From an uncultured bacterium (GTDB taxonomy: Bacteria; Auribacterota; Erginobacteria; Erginobacterales; DAOSXE01): a stretch of DNA of 40,104 bases. This document shows positions 7,187-15,453 of this stretch, one piece after another. Positions within the stretch are counted from its first letter, which is position 1; every line of letters starts with the position of its first letter. The notes below the pieces were generated by a model. It was not told the origin of the DNA and ran no database searches. It saw only the letters and a list, made by a program, of their open reading frames with translations. A program made the position numbers and the translations under genes. The stretch is taken from contig CAZIEA010000003.1 in NCBI GenBank assembly GCA_964538495.1, forward strand, positions 1-40,104, given 5' to 3'.

Positions 7187-9513
7187 CCGGGGAAAAGCCG
7201 AAAAACTTCGGGTTCAGGAAGCCGCCGGCCCTGGCGGCGTTTTTCATATTCGCCCTGGCGTTTGCGTCCTTTTATTTCAGTTCCTACTTCTCGGCCGGCT
7301 ACCGGGGAATGCTCGGCTACGAGACCAAGGACACGCTCACCCAGTTGCAGGCCTATTTCAACTCCTCTCGGCAGGGGGCCGCGCTTTACTGGGATCCCAT
7401 TTACTTTCAATATAACCCGCGAGTCCCGCAAGCCCCCATCGCTTCCCCGGTGACGCAGTTTTTCGTCGGCCTGGCCCGGCTGGGATTCTTCAACGATTTG
7501 AAGAGTTTCATGCCGCCTTATCTCCTGGTGCTGGCCCTGCTGCAGGTCGGCTGCGGTTTGACGATGTATTGGTTTTTGCGCCGGGAGGGTTTCGGGTTTT
7601 GGCCCGCGGTGACGGGCGGCTTGGTTTACGCCTATAACCACCAGACCTTCGCCTTCGGGATCAGGCACGGCTATGAAAGAATCAGCGCCGTGCTGCTGGC
7701 GCCGTTGTTTATAGGGACGTTTTTTCGCCTCCTGGAAAGCCCTCCGTCCTCCCCCCGCCGGCGCTTTTTCACCGCCGCCACCGGCCTGCTCGTGGGTCTG
7801 GCCCTGATCTGCAACGGGGACATCAAGCCGACGATCTTTTTTTGCGCTTTCCTGGTCCTGGCGGCGGTTTTTTCCCGGCCGTTTTCCTTCAGGAACCTGG
7901 CGGCCCTGGCGGTCGTCTTCATTCTGGCAGGGGGAATATTCGCGGCGCAGGGGCTCCCTACCGTCTATTCGCTGCCCGAACAGGGAAGGGGCGAGGAATC
8001 GGCGGAGCAGGCGATGGATTACTCCCTATCTCCCGCAAAGCTGTTGTTGACCCACTTCTGGACCGGGCTTACCCCCCGCCCGGATTATCCCTGGGAGAAC
8101 ACGGCGGAATTCTCGATGGTTCTGATGCCGCTGGTCGTGCTGGGTTTGTTCAATCTCGGCCGGCAGCGCCGGCGAAACGTCATTCTGGCCGGCTTGATAT
8201 TTTCCTGTCTCTGGATGATGGGGAAATATCTTCCTACCGCGCCGGCCCAGGGGTGGTTGATGCGCCTGCTGGCCGTCCGCCACCCCAACCGGATGGCGAT
8301 CCTGCTTTATTTCTGCTACGGGTTTCTGGCGGCGGCGGGACTGCGGGGACTGATGAAGGAGGGGATCAGCCGCGTCCTGGCCGCCTGCCTGCTGCTGATT
8401 CCCGCCTCCATGCTGGCGCTGCGGCTGGGCGGGGCCGGCGATATTCCCGGGCGTTTCATTGTTTTCTCCTTCCTGTCCTGTTTTCTCCTGATCGGAATTT
8501 CGCGACGCCTTTTTCCGGCCCGCGCGGTCGTTTTGCTCGCACTCTTTTTTATACTGGAAAGAACGACGGTTTTTCAGCCGGCTGAAAAAATCCCCGGAAA
8601 CGACCCTACCGCTTATTACACATTTGACGAGATTTACCGGGCCCAACCCCGGGTCAAGGCGATCCTGGACGATCCGGATCATCGCCGCTGGCGGGCTTTT
8701 TTCGGGAGCAAGGATTACCCCGACCTTTTCTCCCACAATCTTTACCTCAACGCGTACCGGGACGGCATCCGCCCCATCTTCCCGTATTTCTACATCGACG
8801 AAGAATTCCGGCGGGTGCGGAAAATCCAGGAGGTGATTTTTTCCGACTGGTCCCACCCGATGTGGAGTCTGCTCAACGTGAAATATTTCGTGGACCTGGA
8901 AGGCTATTTCGCCTCCTGGGACGAGGAGGACACCAGCCGGGCGGGGTTGGATGCGCTGGTTTCCCTGGACGAACACGTCCGCGTCAATCCCGGAGCGGAA
9001 GACGAACTCTTCCTGCGCTACCGCCGAGCGCGCTCCTCATCGGATGAGCAATTTTTAGAGGGACTTCGGGCGGGGAACCTATCGGTCGAGTCCACAGCGT
9101 ACCTGGACGAGCTCGATCCGGCGTTGATCTTTGTTCCGGATAATGTTGTTGCCGCTGAAGAGGCGAAAATACAAATCGTGAATCGCAAACCCGACGGGAT
9201 CACGGCTCAAGTGTCCCTGTCGCATCCGGGCGTTCTGGTCTTTTCCGAGTTCTGGTTTTTCCCCTGGCGGGTGACGGTCGACGGCTTGCCGCGTTCCTTG
9301 AGGAGGGCTTACCTCGTCCTGCAGGCGGTCGAACTCGAACCGGGAGAGCATCTGGTCAGCTTCTACTTTGACGCCCGCCATCCCCTTTTTCTGGTTCCGG
9401 GGGCGGTTTCGGCGCTTCTGATCCTTTTGTCCTGCCTCTATTGTCTCCGCCAGTACCGGACGATTAAAAACTCCGGCCGGACGAGAATATTCTCCGGGAA
9501 GGGTCAGAACTGA
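7183..9513 (+). CDS. YfhO-family polytopic membrane protein (GT-C glycosyltransferase-like)
   Basis: 776 aa, many TM helices and a terminal TM. C-terminal block GVLVFSEFWFFPWRVTVDGLPRSLRRAYLVLQAVELEPGEHLVSFYF matches the conserved YfhO C-terminus and the two paralogs at 28407-30956 and 31203-33659. ATGA overlap at 7183-7186. Confidence 0.75.
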   Translation: MTGEKPKNFGFRKPPALAAFFIFALAFASFYFSSYFSAGYRGMLGYETKDTLTQLQAYFNSSRQGAALYWDPIYFQYNPRVPQAPIASPVTQFFVGLARLGFFNDLKSFMPPYLLVLALLQVGCGLTMYWFLRREGFGFWPAVTGGLVYAYNHQTFAFGIRHGYERISAVLLAPLFIGTFFRLLESPPSSPRRRFFTAATGLLVGLALICNGDIKPTIFFCAFLVLAAVFSRPFSFRNLAALAVVFILAGGIFAAQGLPTVYSLPEQGRGEESAEQAMDYSLSPAKLLLTHFWTGLTPRPDYPWENTAEFSMVLMPLVVLGLFNLGRQRRRNVILAGLIFSCLWMMGKYLPTAPAQGWLMRLLAVRHPNRMAILLYFCYGFLAAAGLRGLMKEGISRVLAACLLLIPASMLALRLGGAGDIPGRFIVFSFLSCFLLIGISRRLFPARAVVLLALFFILERTTVFQPAEKIPGNDPTAYYTFDEIYRAQPRVKAILDDPDHRRWRAFFGSKDYPDLFSHNLYLNAYRDGIRPIFPYFYIDEEFRRVRKIQEVIFSDWSHPMWSLLNVKYFVDLEGYFASWDEEDTSRAGLDALVSLDEHVRVNPGAEDELFLRYRRARSSSDEQFLEGLRAGNLSVESTAYLDELDPALIFVPDNVVAAEEAKIQIVNRKPDGITAQVSLSHPGVLVFSEFWFFPWRVTVDGLPRSLRRAYLVLQAVELEPGEHLVSFYFDARHPLFLVPGAVSALLILLSCLYCLRQYRTIKNSGRTRIFSGKGQN

Positions 9514-10934
9514 AAATAGATGAAGTAATTGGGCTTATTGACGCCGAGGATGAGGATCGAAAAGACCAGAAGAAGGATGGCAAATATGCGCAGCGTCGCG
9601 GGCCAGGCGCGGACGATCTCGAGGTTGTCGGTGCGGTACTGACAGAACTCGATGGCCAGCAGCGCCCAGAGATAGATCGCCATGAGCAGGGCGTCCGGCC
9701 GCCATCCGGGGTAGGCCGCGAAACTGAAGTTATGGAGCAGCCCGCCCAGCATCTGCTGAATCTGCTGGAGGGACTGGGCCCGGAAGAAGAGCCAGCTCAG
9801 GCAGATCAGGTGGAAAAAAAAGACGACGCGGACGGTCTTCCAGGCGGCGGCCGCCGGCCGCCGCCGGAGCGGCTTGACGGCTTCCAGTTGCGGTTGGATC
9901 AGGCGGTGGAGAATGAGAAGAATTCCCCAGTAAGCTCCCCAGAGCACGAAGTTCCAGGCCGCTCCGTGCCAGAGGCCGCCCAGGAGCATGGTTATCGCCA
10001 GGTTGCGGTAGGTGAGAATGGTCCCCCGCCGGTTGCCTCCCAGGGGGATGTACAGGTAGTCCTTGAGCCAGGTGGAAAGGCTGATGTGCCAGCGCTGCCA
10101 GAACTCGCGCGGGCTGGTGGAAGCGTAGGGCAGATTGAAATTGACCATGATTTCGAAGCCCAGGCACTTGCCCAGACCGCGAGCGATGGTGGAGTAGCCA
10201 GCGAAATCGCAGTAGATCTGAAAGGCGAAGGCGTAGAGAGCGAACAGGACCCGGGCGCCGTTGTATGGGCCGGGATCGGCGAATACCGGGTCGACCAGGC
10301 GGCCCAGGTTGTCGGCCACGAAGATCTTTTGGAACAGCCCCCAGAGGATGAGATAGCACCCTTGAGAGACTTTCTCCCTGGTCACCGTCCGGGGCGCGAG
10401 CATCTGGGGCAGGAGATGGATCGCGCGTTCGATCGGGCCGGCCACCAGTTGCGGAAAGAAGGCCACGAAGAGGGCGAAATCGAGGAAGTTTCTGGTCGGG
10501 CGCATCCGCCCCCGGTAGACGTCGATGGTGTAGCTCATGGTCTGGAAGGTGTAGAAGGAGATGCCCACCGGAAGCACGATATTGAGATACAATAACGGGA
10601 TAACAATGCCGAAGCTTCCGAGCAGGACCTGCAGGTTCGCGGCGAAAAAGTTGTAGTACTTGAAAAAGCCGAGAATCGAAAGGTTGCCGGCGATGCTTAA
10701 GGCGAGATAGCGCTTTTTCCGGTTTGTCTCGGCCGCTGCCCCGATTCCCAGGGCGCAGAGATAGTCGAGTACCGTCGAGGCCAGGATCAGGGAAAGGTAT
10801 CTCCAGTCCCAGGCGCCGTAGAAGACGTAGCTGGCCAGGAGCAGCATCCGGTTCTGGCCGCGCCGACTGAGAACGAGGTAGAGGGCAAAGACGACGGCGA
10901 AAAAGGCGGCGAACTGGAGTGAGTTGAAGAGCAT
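9504..10934 (-). CDS. MBOAT-family membrane O-acyltransferase (AlgI/DltB/PatA-like)
   Basis: N-terminus MLFNSLQFAAFFAVVFALYL, and the conserved His block REFWQRWHISLSTWLKDYLYIPLGGNRRG. About 476 aa and polytopic. I prefer the ATG at 10934 over the track start at 10952. Confidence 0.9.
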   Translation of the reverse strand: MLFNSLQFAAFFAVVFALYLVLSRRGQNRMLLLASYVFYGAWDWRYLSLILASTVLDYLCALGIGAAAETNRKKRYLALSIAGNLSILGFFKYYNFFAANLQVLLGSFGIVIPLLYLNIVLPVGISFYTFQTMSYTIDVYRGRMRPTRNFLDFALFVAFFPQLVAGPIERAIHLLPQMLAPRTVTREKVSQGCYLILWGLFQKIFVADNLGRLVDPVFADPGPYNGARVLFALYAFAFQIYCDFAGYSTIARGLGKCLGFEIMVNFNLPYASTSPREFWQRWHISLSTWLKDYLYIPLGGNRRGTILTYRNLAITMLLGGLWHGAAWNFVLWGAYWGILLILHRLIQPQLEAVKPLRRRPAAAAWKTVRVVFFFHLICLSWLFFRAQSLQQIQQMLGGLLHNFSFAAYPGWRPDALLMAIYLWALLAIEFCQYRTDNLEIVRAWPATLRIFAILLLVFSILILGVNKPNYFIYFQF

Positions 10935-10964
10935 GGCGTCAATATAGCGCAAGAGTTCCCAGCC

Positions 10965-13097
10965 ATGAATTTCAAAATATCTTCACGCCGGGCCGGCTTG
11001 GCCGCCTTCGCGATTTTGGCCGCGGTTGGGCTTCTGGAAGTGTTCCTTCGCCTGGGCGGCGAGGTCTTTTACCTGGAGCAGGAAAAGGTAAACCGGGTCG
11101 CTCTCGCTCGCCGGGGGAGCTATGTGATCCTCTGCCTGGGGGAATCCATGACCGCCGGCGGCGGGTTATCCTCTTATCCCAGGCAACTGGAGGACACTCT
11201 CAATGCCCTGGGTCTGGCGATCCCGGTTGCCGTTGTTAACCTCGGCATTCCCTCGGCCAACAGCGGAATGATCGTCGCCCGCCTGGAGGAAGACCTCGAC
11301 GCTTACCGGCCGGACATGGTGGTCTTGATGATGGGGATCAATGATGAAATGGCCCCCCTGGATCTGGCGGCGGGGGCGAAAACGGAACGCCCCAACCCGT
11401 TTCTGGAGCGGTCCCGGGCGCACGAATTCATTCGGGATACCTGGAGAAACCTGCTCTCCGGGAGAGGGATGGCCGGGATTGGCGGAGAGGGGAGGGAAGA
11501 GCATGCCGCGGAAATAGCCGTCGCCGGCGGCGACTCCGAGCGGGCGCGCCGGGTCAACTTCTATCTCAAGCGGGGGGATTGGCATTTTGACGAAGATAGC
11601 GACCTGGCCGTGAATCGCCGTCGGGCGATCGAGATGTATGAAAAAGCCTTGGCCCTGAACCCCGAAATTCCGACGGCGATTCTTAAGACAGGGATTTCCC
11701 ACCGGGAATTAGGCGAGCGAAGTTTTGCCCTTGCTTCCTTTGAAAAAGCCTGCGCTTACCCGTCCGTCAGGTGCCGTGCCCTGGCCGAGCTCGGCAACCT
11801 TTATCGGGATGAGAGAAACTGGGACGAGGCAAAGCGCTGTTACGGCGAAGCCTCCCGCTTCTGCCCGGATTCGGCGGTCCCTTTTCTGGAATGGAGCCGG
11901 CTTTACCAAATCCGCGGAGAGTGGGAAAGAGCCGCCGGGAAACTTGTGGAGGCGCTGGGCGCCGAGCCCTTTAATCGTCTCCCTTACCAAGAGGCGGAGA
12001 AGCTGCTTGAGATCGACGAAGCCCGCGAGGGAGCGGAAACGGCGCTCCGAGCGGCTCTGGCTTCCGCCCCGTTTTCGCTCAGCCTGAATATGCTGCTTGC
12101 CGATCTTTACGAAAGACAAGAAAGACAAGAAGCCGCCGAAGAACTTTATCGATTCATCATTGGCCACAATTCCGAAGCCTTCTGGGCCTATACGGCTCTG
12201 GGAAATTTATATCGGCGCTGGGGAAAGGAAGACTTGGCCCGGAACCTTTACCGGGAGGCCGATGAGCGGCGTTTCCACCACACCGCCACCAAGATCAACT
12301 ACCGACGGCTCAAAGAAATTGTTCTCGGCCGAGGGATACAGTTGGTCTGTGCACAATATCCCCTAGCGCCGGTTAGCGAACTGATCGGGATGGTCGGGGA
12401 GCATGACGGGATAACTTTCGTTGACAATGAGCGGGTGTTCCGGGAGGCCGTACAAGCGCGTTCTTACGAGTATTATTTTTTTCATATTTTCCCCGGACAA
12501 ATTTTCGGGCACTGTACTCCCCGCGGCAACCGCTTACTGGCCGAAAACATCGCGCGCGCCCTGATTGCCGGTCCCTTACGACGGCTGGCCGGACCCGTTT
12601 CGCTGGAGAAAATGGCCGCGTTGGCGGCGGAGGATTTTCCCCTTCTCCGCAACCTTCTATCCGACCCTTTGGTGGCCGTCTCCACCGTTTCCATCGACTC
12701 CGCGGGGCGCACGGCCGACCGCCTGATTGAACTGGAAGAAGAGTCCGGCCGCCGCGTATTCTGGGAGAGGTTCGGGTCGGCGGCACGAGTGAGGGTGGAC
12801 TTTGGGAACGGCCGCGATCGTGTCGTCCGCGCCGTCGCTTCTCATCATCCCCGGGATCCGGATCATTTGGCTATGTCGGAACACTATTTTCAAGGCGCGG
12901 AAATTTACGGCAGCAGCGATGGGGTTACATGGCACTTGGTTGCTTCTGCCGACCATTACGAATATCCCGGCGAGGGCGGTTGGCGTATTTGGAGTTTTGC
13001 CAACGCCGTTCCATTCCGCCATTATGAACTAAGACTTCCGGCCGGCGCCCCCAGCGGGGATTTCCGCCAGTCCAACGAAATCGCCCTCTTCGAATGA
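10965..13097 (+). CDS. membrane-anchored SGNH/GDSL-like esterase/acyltransferase interrupted by a TPR block, with C-terminal discoidin-like domain
   Basis: N-terminal TM (LAAFAILAAVGLLEVFL). SGNH blocks I (ILCLGESMTAGGG), II (VVNLGIPSANSG) and III (VVLMMGINDE). Block V-like FGHCTPRGNRLLAENIA appears only about 390 aa later. TPR-like repeats fill roughly 11550-12290. The last 130 aa or so align with the 198-aa discoidin proteins (VRVDFGNG..VRAVA, GSSDGVTW, WRIWSFAN, EIALFE*). Confidence 0.65.
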   Translation: MNFKISSRRAGLAAFAILAAVGLLEVFLRLGGEVFYLEQEKVNRVALARRGSYVILCLGESMTAGGGLSSYPRQLEDTLNALGLAIPVAVVNLGIPSANSGMIVARLEEDLDAYRPDMVVLMMGINDEMAPLDLAAGAKTERPNPFLERSRAHEFIRDTWRNLLSGRGMAGIGGEGREEHAAEIAVAGGDSERARRVNFYLKRGDWHFDEDSDLAVNRRRAIEMYEKALALNPEIPTAILKTGISHRELGERSFALASFEKACAYPSVRCRALAELGNLYRDERNWDEAKRCYGEASRFCPDSAVPFLEWSRLYQIRGEWERAAGKLVEALGAEPFNRLPYQEAEKLLEIDEAREGAETALRAALASAPFSLSLNMLLADLYERQERQEAAEELYRFIIGHNSEAFWAYTALGNLYRRWGKEDLARNLYREADERRFHHTATKINYRRLKEIVLGRGIQLVCAQYPLAPVSELIGMVGEHDGITFVDNERVFREAVQARSYEYYFFHIFPGQIFGHCTPRGNRLLAENIARALIAGPLRRLAGPVSLEKMAALAAEDFPLLRNLLSDPLVAVSTVSIDSAGRTADRLIELEEESGRRVFWERFGSAARVRVDFGNGRDRVVRAVASHHPRDPDHLAMSEHYFQGAEIYGSSDGVTWHLVASADHYEYPGEGGWRIWSFANAVPFRHYELRLPAGAPSGDFRQSNEIALFE

Positions 13098-13208
13098 AAT
13101 GATCATCAGCCGGCCGCGGGATGGGCGATCTTTTCAGCGAAAGTCCGTACCGTCGGGTCGGGCGCCGTATCTCGATGTAAAATCGGAGAACAGGGTATAA
13201 TTGAAATC

Positions 13209-14633
13209 GTGAAAATCGCTTTTCTGCAGAAATACCCCTTCCCGTATTTCGGGATCATGTCCTTGAGCGCCGGATTGCCGGAGCGTTATCAACGCCAAGT
13301 TTTCATCGGCGATCTGGAGAAAAACCCGGTCGCGGAGGTGGAGGCCTGGCGGCCGGACGTTCTGGCGGTCCCGCTGATGGCGCTGGAATACCACTGGTTT
13401 CTGGAGACCGCCGCCGCCATCAAAAGACGGCTGCCGGCGCTGAAGGTCGTTGTCGGCTACATTCACGCTTCTTCCTGCCCGGAAATAGTCTCGCAACCGG
13501 CGATTGACGCCGTCGGCCTGGGCGAGGGGGACTACTCTTTCCCCCGCTACATCGGGAATCTGGAGGCGGGAAGGGGGGATGAGCCGATCCCCGGCTTCCT
13601 GATCAAGACCCCCTCCGGCGTGGTCTCCTCTCCCGAGCCCAACCTGGTCCCGGACCTGGACGCCCTCCCCGAAGAAGACCGGGCCCTTTACTATGACAAG
13701 TATCCCTCCCTGGGGGCCGAGAAGCTCAAGCACTTCATGGCTTCCCGGGGCTGCCCTTTCTCCTGCAACTTCTGCTGCCACCAGGTTTACCGCCGGATCT
13801 ACTCCGGCCACGGGCCTTACGTGCGGCGGAAATCCCCGTCGCGGACGGTCAGGGAGATTCTCTCGGTCCGGGAGCGCTGGGGGCTGCAAAGCGTCTGCTT
13901 TCTCGACGATGTCTTCGTGATGGACGCGCCCTGGCTGCGGGAATTTGCCGCTCTTTACCGGGAAAAGGTGGGGCTGCCTTACTTCTGCGCCGTGACCCCG
14001 CCGCATATGACCGAGGAGATTGCCCGGCTTCTGGCCGAATCCGGCTGCCACACCGTCAACTTCGGGGTGGAGACCGCCGACCAGAAGAAGCGCTTCGAGA
14101 TCCTGAACAAGAAGGTGACCGACGCGCAGATGTTCGAGTGCGCCCGGCTGGTGAAAAAGCACGGAATGAAGCTCCAGACCACCGTCCTCTTCGGCCTCCC
14201 GGGCGAGACGGTGGAGGAGGCCTTCGAGAACATAGCCTTCAACATCAGGCTGGGGGCGGATTACATGGGCTCCAACGTCCTTTTGCCCTTTCCCAACACG
14301 GGGATCGAGAAGCTCGCCCTGGAATCGGGCGTGCTGGAGCCGGGGTACCTGGAGAGAGAGGATTACCTGGGGATCCACCTGGGGAGCGTCTTCAAGTTCA
14401 AGGACATTGAGGTGATCGAGCGGGTGCAGAAGATCTCGCAACTGGCCCTCAGGTTCCCCTTTCTCATCCCCTTTTTCCGGAAACTGGTCCGGGTCCGGAG
14501 CCGGAAACTGTTTTTTGTCTTCTACGTGTTCTCCTCGATGTGGCGCTACAAGTCGGAGAAGCCCATTTCCTGGCCCGAGGTGTTCAGGGTATTCTGGCGG
14601 GCCCGGAAAAATTACCTGCGCTATGTCTCCTGA
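13209..14633 (+). CDS. B12-binding-domain radical SAM enzyme (class B), second copy
   Basis: N-terminal B12-binding-type region (MKIAFLQKYPFP...). CxxxCxxC motif (ASRGCPFSCNFCCH). 474 aa. The antisense 435-aa ORF (13134-14441) is a GC shadow. Confidence 0.85.
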   Translation: MKIAFLQKYPFPYFGIMSLSAGLPERYQRQVFIGDLEKNPVAEVEAWRPDVLAVPLMALEYHWFLETAAAIKRRLPALKVVVGYIHASSCPEIVSQPAIDAVGLGEGDYSFPRYIGNLEAGRGDEPIPGFLIKTPSGVVSSPEPNLVPDLDALPEEDRALYYDKYPSLGAEKLKHFMASRGCPFSCNFCCHQVYRRIYSGHGPYVRRKSPSRTVREILSVRERWGLQSVCFLDDVFVMDAPWLREFAALYREKVGLPYFCAVTPPHMTEEIARLLAESGCHTVNFGVETADQKKRFEILNKKVTDAQMFECARLVKKHGMKLQTTVLFGLPGETVEEAFENIAFNIRLGADYMGSNVLLPFPNTGIEKLALESGVLEPGYLEREDYLGIHLGSVFKFKDIEVIERVQKISQLALRFPFLIPFFRKLVRVRSRKLFFVFYVFSSMWRYKSEKPISWPEVFRVFWRARKNYLRYVS

Positions 14634-14645
14634 AACGGTTTCATA

Positions 14646-15305
14646 ATGAATAAGGTTGCGCTCATTTTGTTGCTAGGGACTTGGTTGTCGGCGTTGCCGG
14701 CCTATGCCGGGGGCGAAATAGACTTGTTCAAGGCAGCCGGGGACAATTCCGCGGGGGAACTGAAGGCGTTCATTGCCGCCGGAGGGGATGTCGGCATTCG
14801 AAACCGGAACGGCTGGACGGCGCTTATGGCGGCGGCGGCGGCGGGAAACCTCGAAGCGGTCGAAATTCTGCTAGCGGCGGGCGCCGATCCTTCCGCCGCT
14901 TCCCGGACCGAATACTACTCCGGGTTCACCCCGCTGATGGCGGCCGCTTATAACGGCCACGCCGAAGTGGTGGCGGCCCTGGCGTCCGCCGGCGCCGATC
15001 TCGACGCCGCCGACAACCACTATTACGGCGAAACCGCCCTGATGCTGGCGGTAAAAAGCGGCAACGCCGAAAGCGTGAAGGCCCTCGTTGAGGCCGGCGC
15101 CGATGTCAATCTGGCCAACCGGCGCGGCGTGACCGCGCTGATGTACGCGGCCTCGTATGGCCGGTTGGAAATGATGAAACTTCTTCTCGCGGCCGGCGCC
15201 GATAGGGATATCAGGGACGACGCCGGCTTGACCGCTCTGCGTTGGTCGGCCTTGGCTGGCCCCGAGGCCTCCGCCGCCCGCCGCCTTCTGGAGTCGGAAG
15301 AATGA
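14646..15305 (+). CDS. secreted ankyrin-repeat protein
   Basis: Signal peptide MNKVALILLLGTWLSALPAYAGG. About five ankyrin repeats follow (GWTALMAAAAAGNLEAVEILLAAGADP, FTPLMAAAYNGHAEVVAALASAGADL, ETALMLAVKSGNAESVKALVEAGADV, VTALMYAASYGRLEMMKLLLAAGAD). Confidence 0.85.
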   Translation: MNKVALILLLGTWLSALPAYAGGEIDLFKAAGDNSAGELKAFIAAGGDVGIRNRNGWTALMAAAAAGNLEAVEILLAAGADPSAASRTEYYSGFTPLMAAAYNGHAEVVAALASAGADLDAADNHYYGETALMLAVKSGNAESVKALVEAGADVNLANRRGVTALMYAASYGRLEMMKLLLAAGADRDIRDDAGLTALRWSALAGPEASAARRLLESEE

Positions 15306-15309
15306 TCAG

Positions 15310-15380
15310 CCGGTCACTCTTGACCGGGACGCGCGGGCGTCTTGCCCCGGCGCGCGGCCGCAATTTTCGTCTTTTTCCGG
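15310..15380 (+). terminator. possible stem-loops plus T-rich tract after the ankyrin gene
   Basis: Hairpin CCGGTC-actctt-GACCGG (15310-15327). A GC-rich imperfect hairpin at 15331-15355. Then AATTTTCGTCTTTTT (15362-15376). The T tract is not adjacent to the stem, so this call is weak. Confidence 0.3.
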
Positions 15381-15453
15381 TCTTGCCCCCGGTAAATCGG
15401 TATAATCCGGACCCGCGGCGGTTGGAATTTTTTCCCGCGCCGGAGGAATCGGG

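Noticed and set aside
13098-13208. Cobalamin or SAM riboswitch upstream of the second B12 radical SAM gene, and a TATAAT at 13196-13201.
   Set aside because: The 110-nt spacer shows no B12-box-like consensus and none of the paired elements I would expect. The TATAAT lies only 7 nt from the GTG start with no -35, so at best it hints at a leaderless transcript.
15383-15406. Promoter for the GHMP kinase gene (TTGCCC ... TATAAT at 15401-15406).
   Set aside because: The spacer between the hexamers is only 12 nt, and there is no extended -10 TG. The TATAAT alone is not enough to call a promoter.
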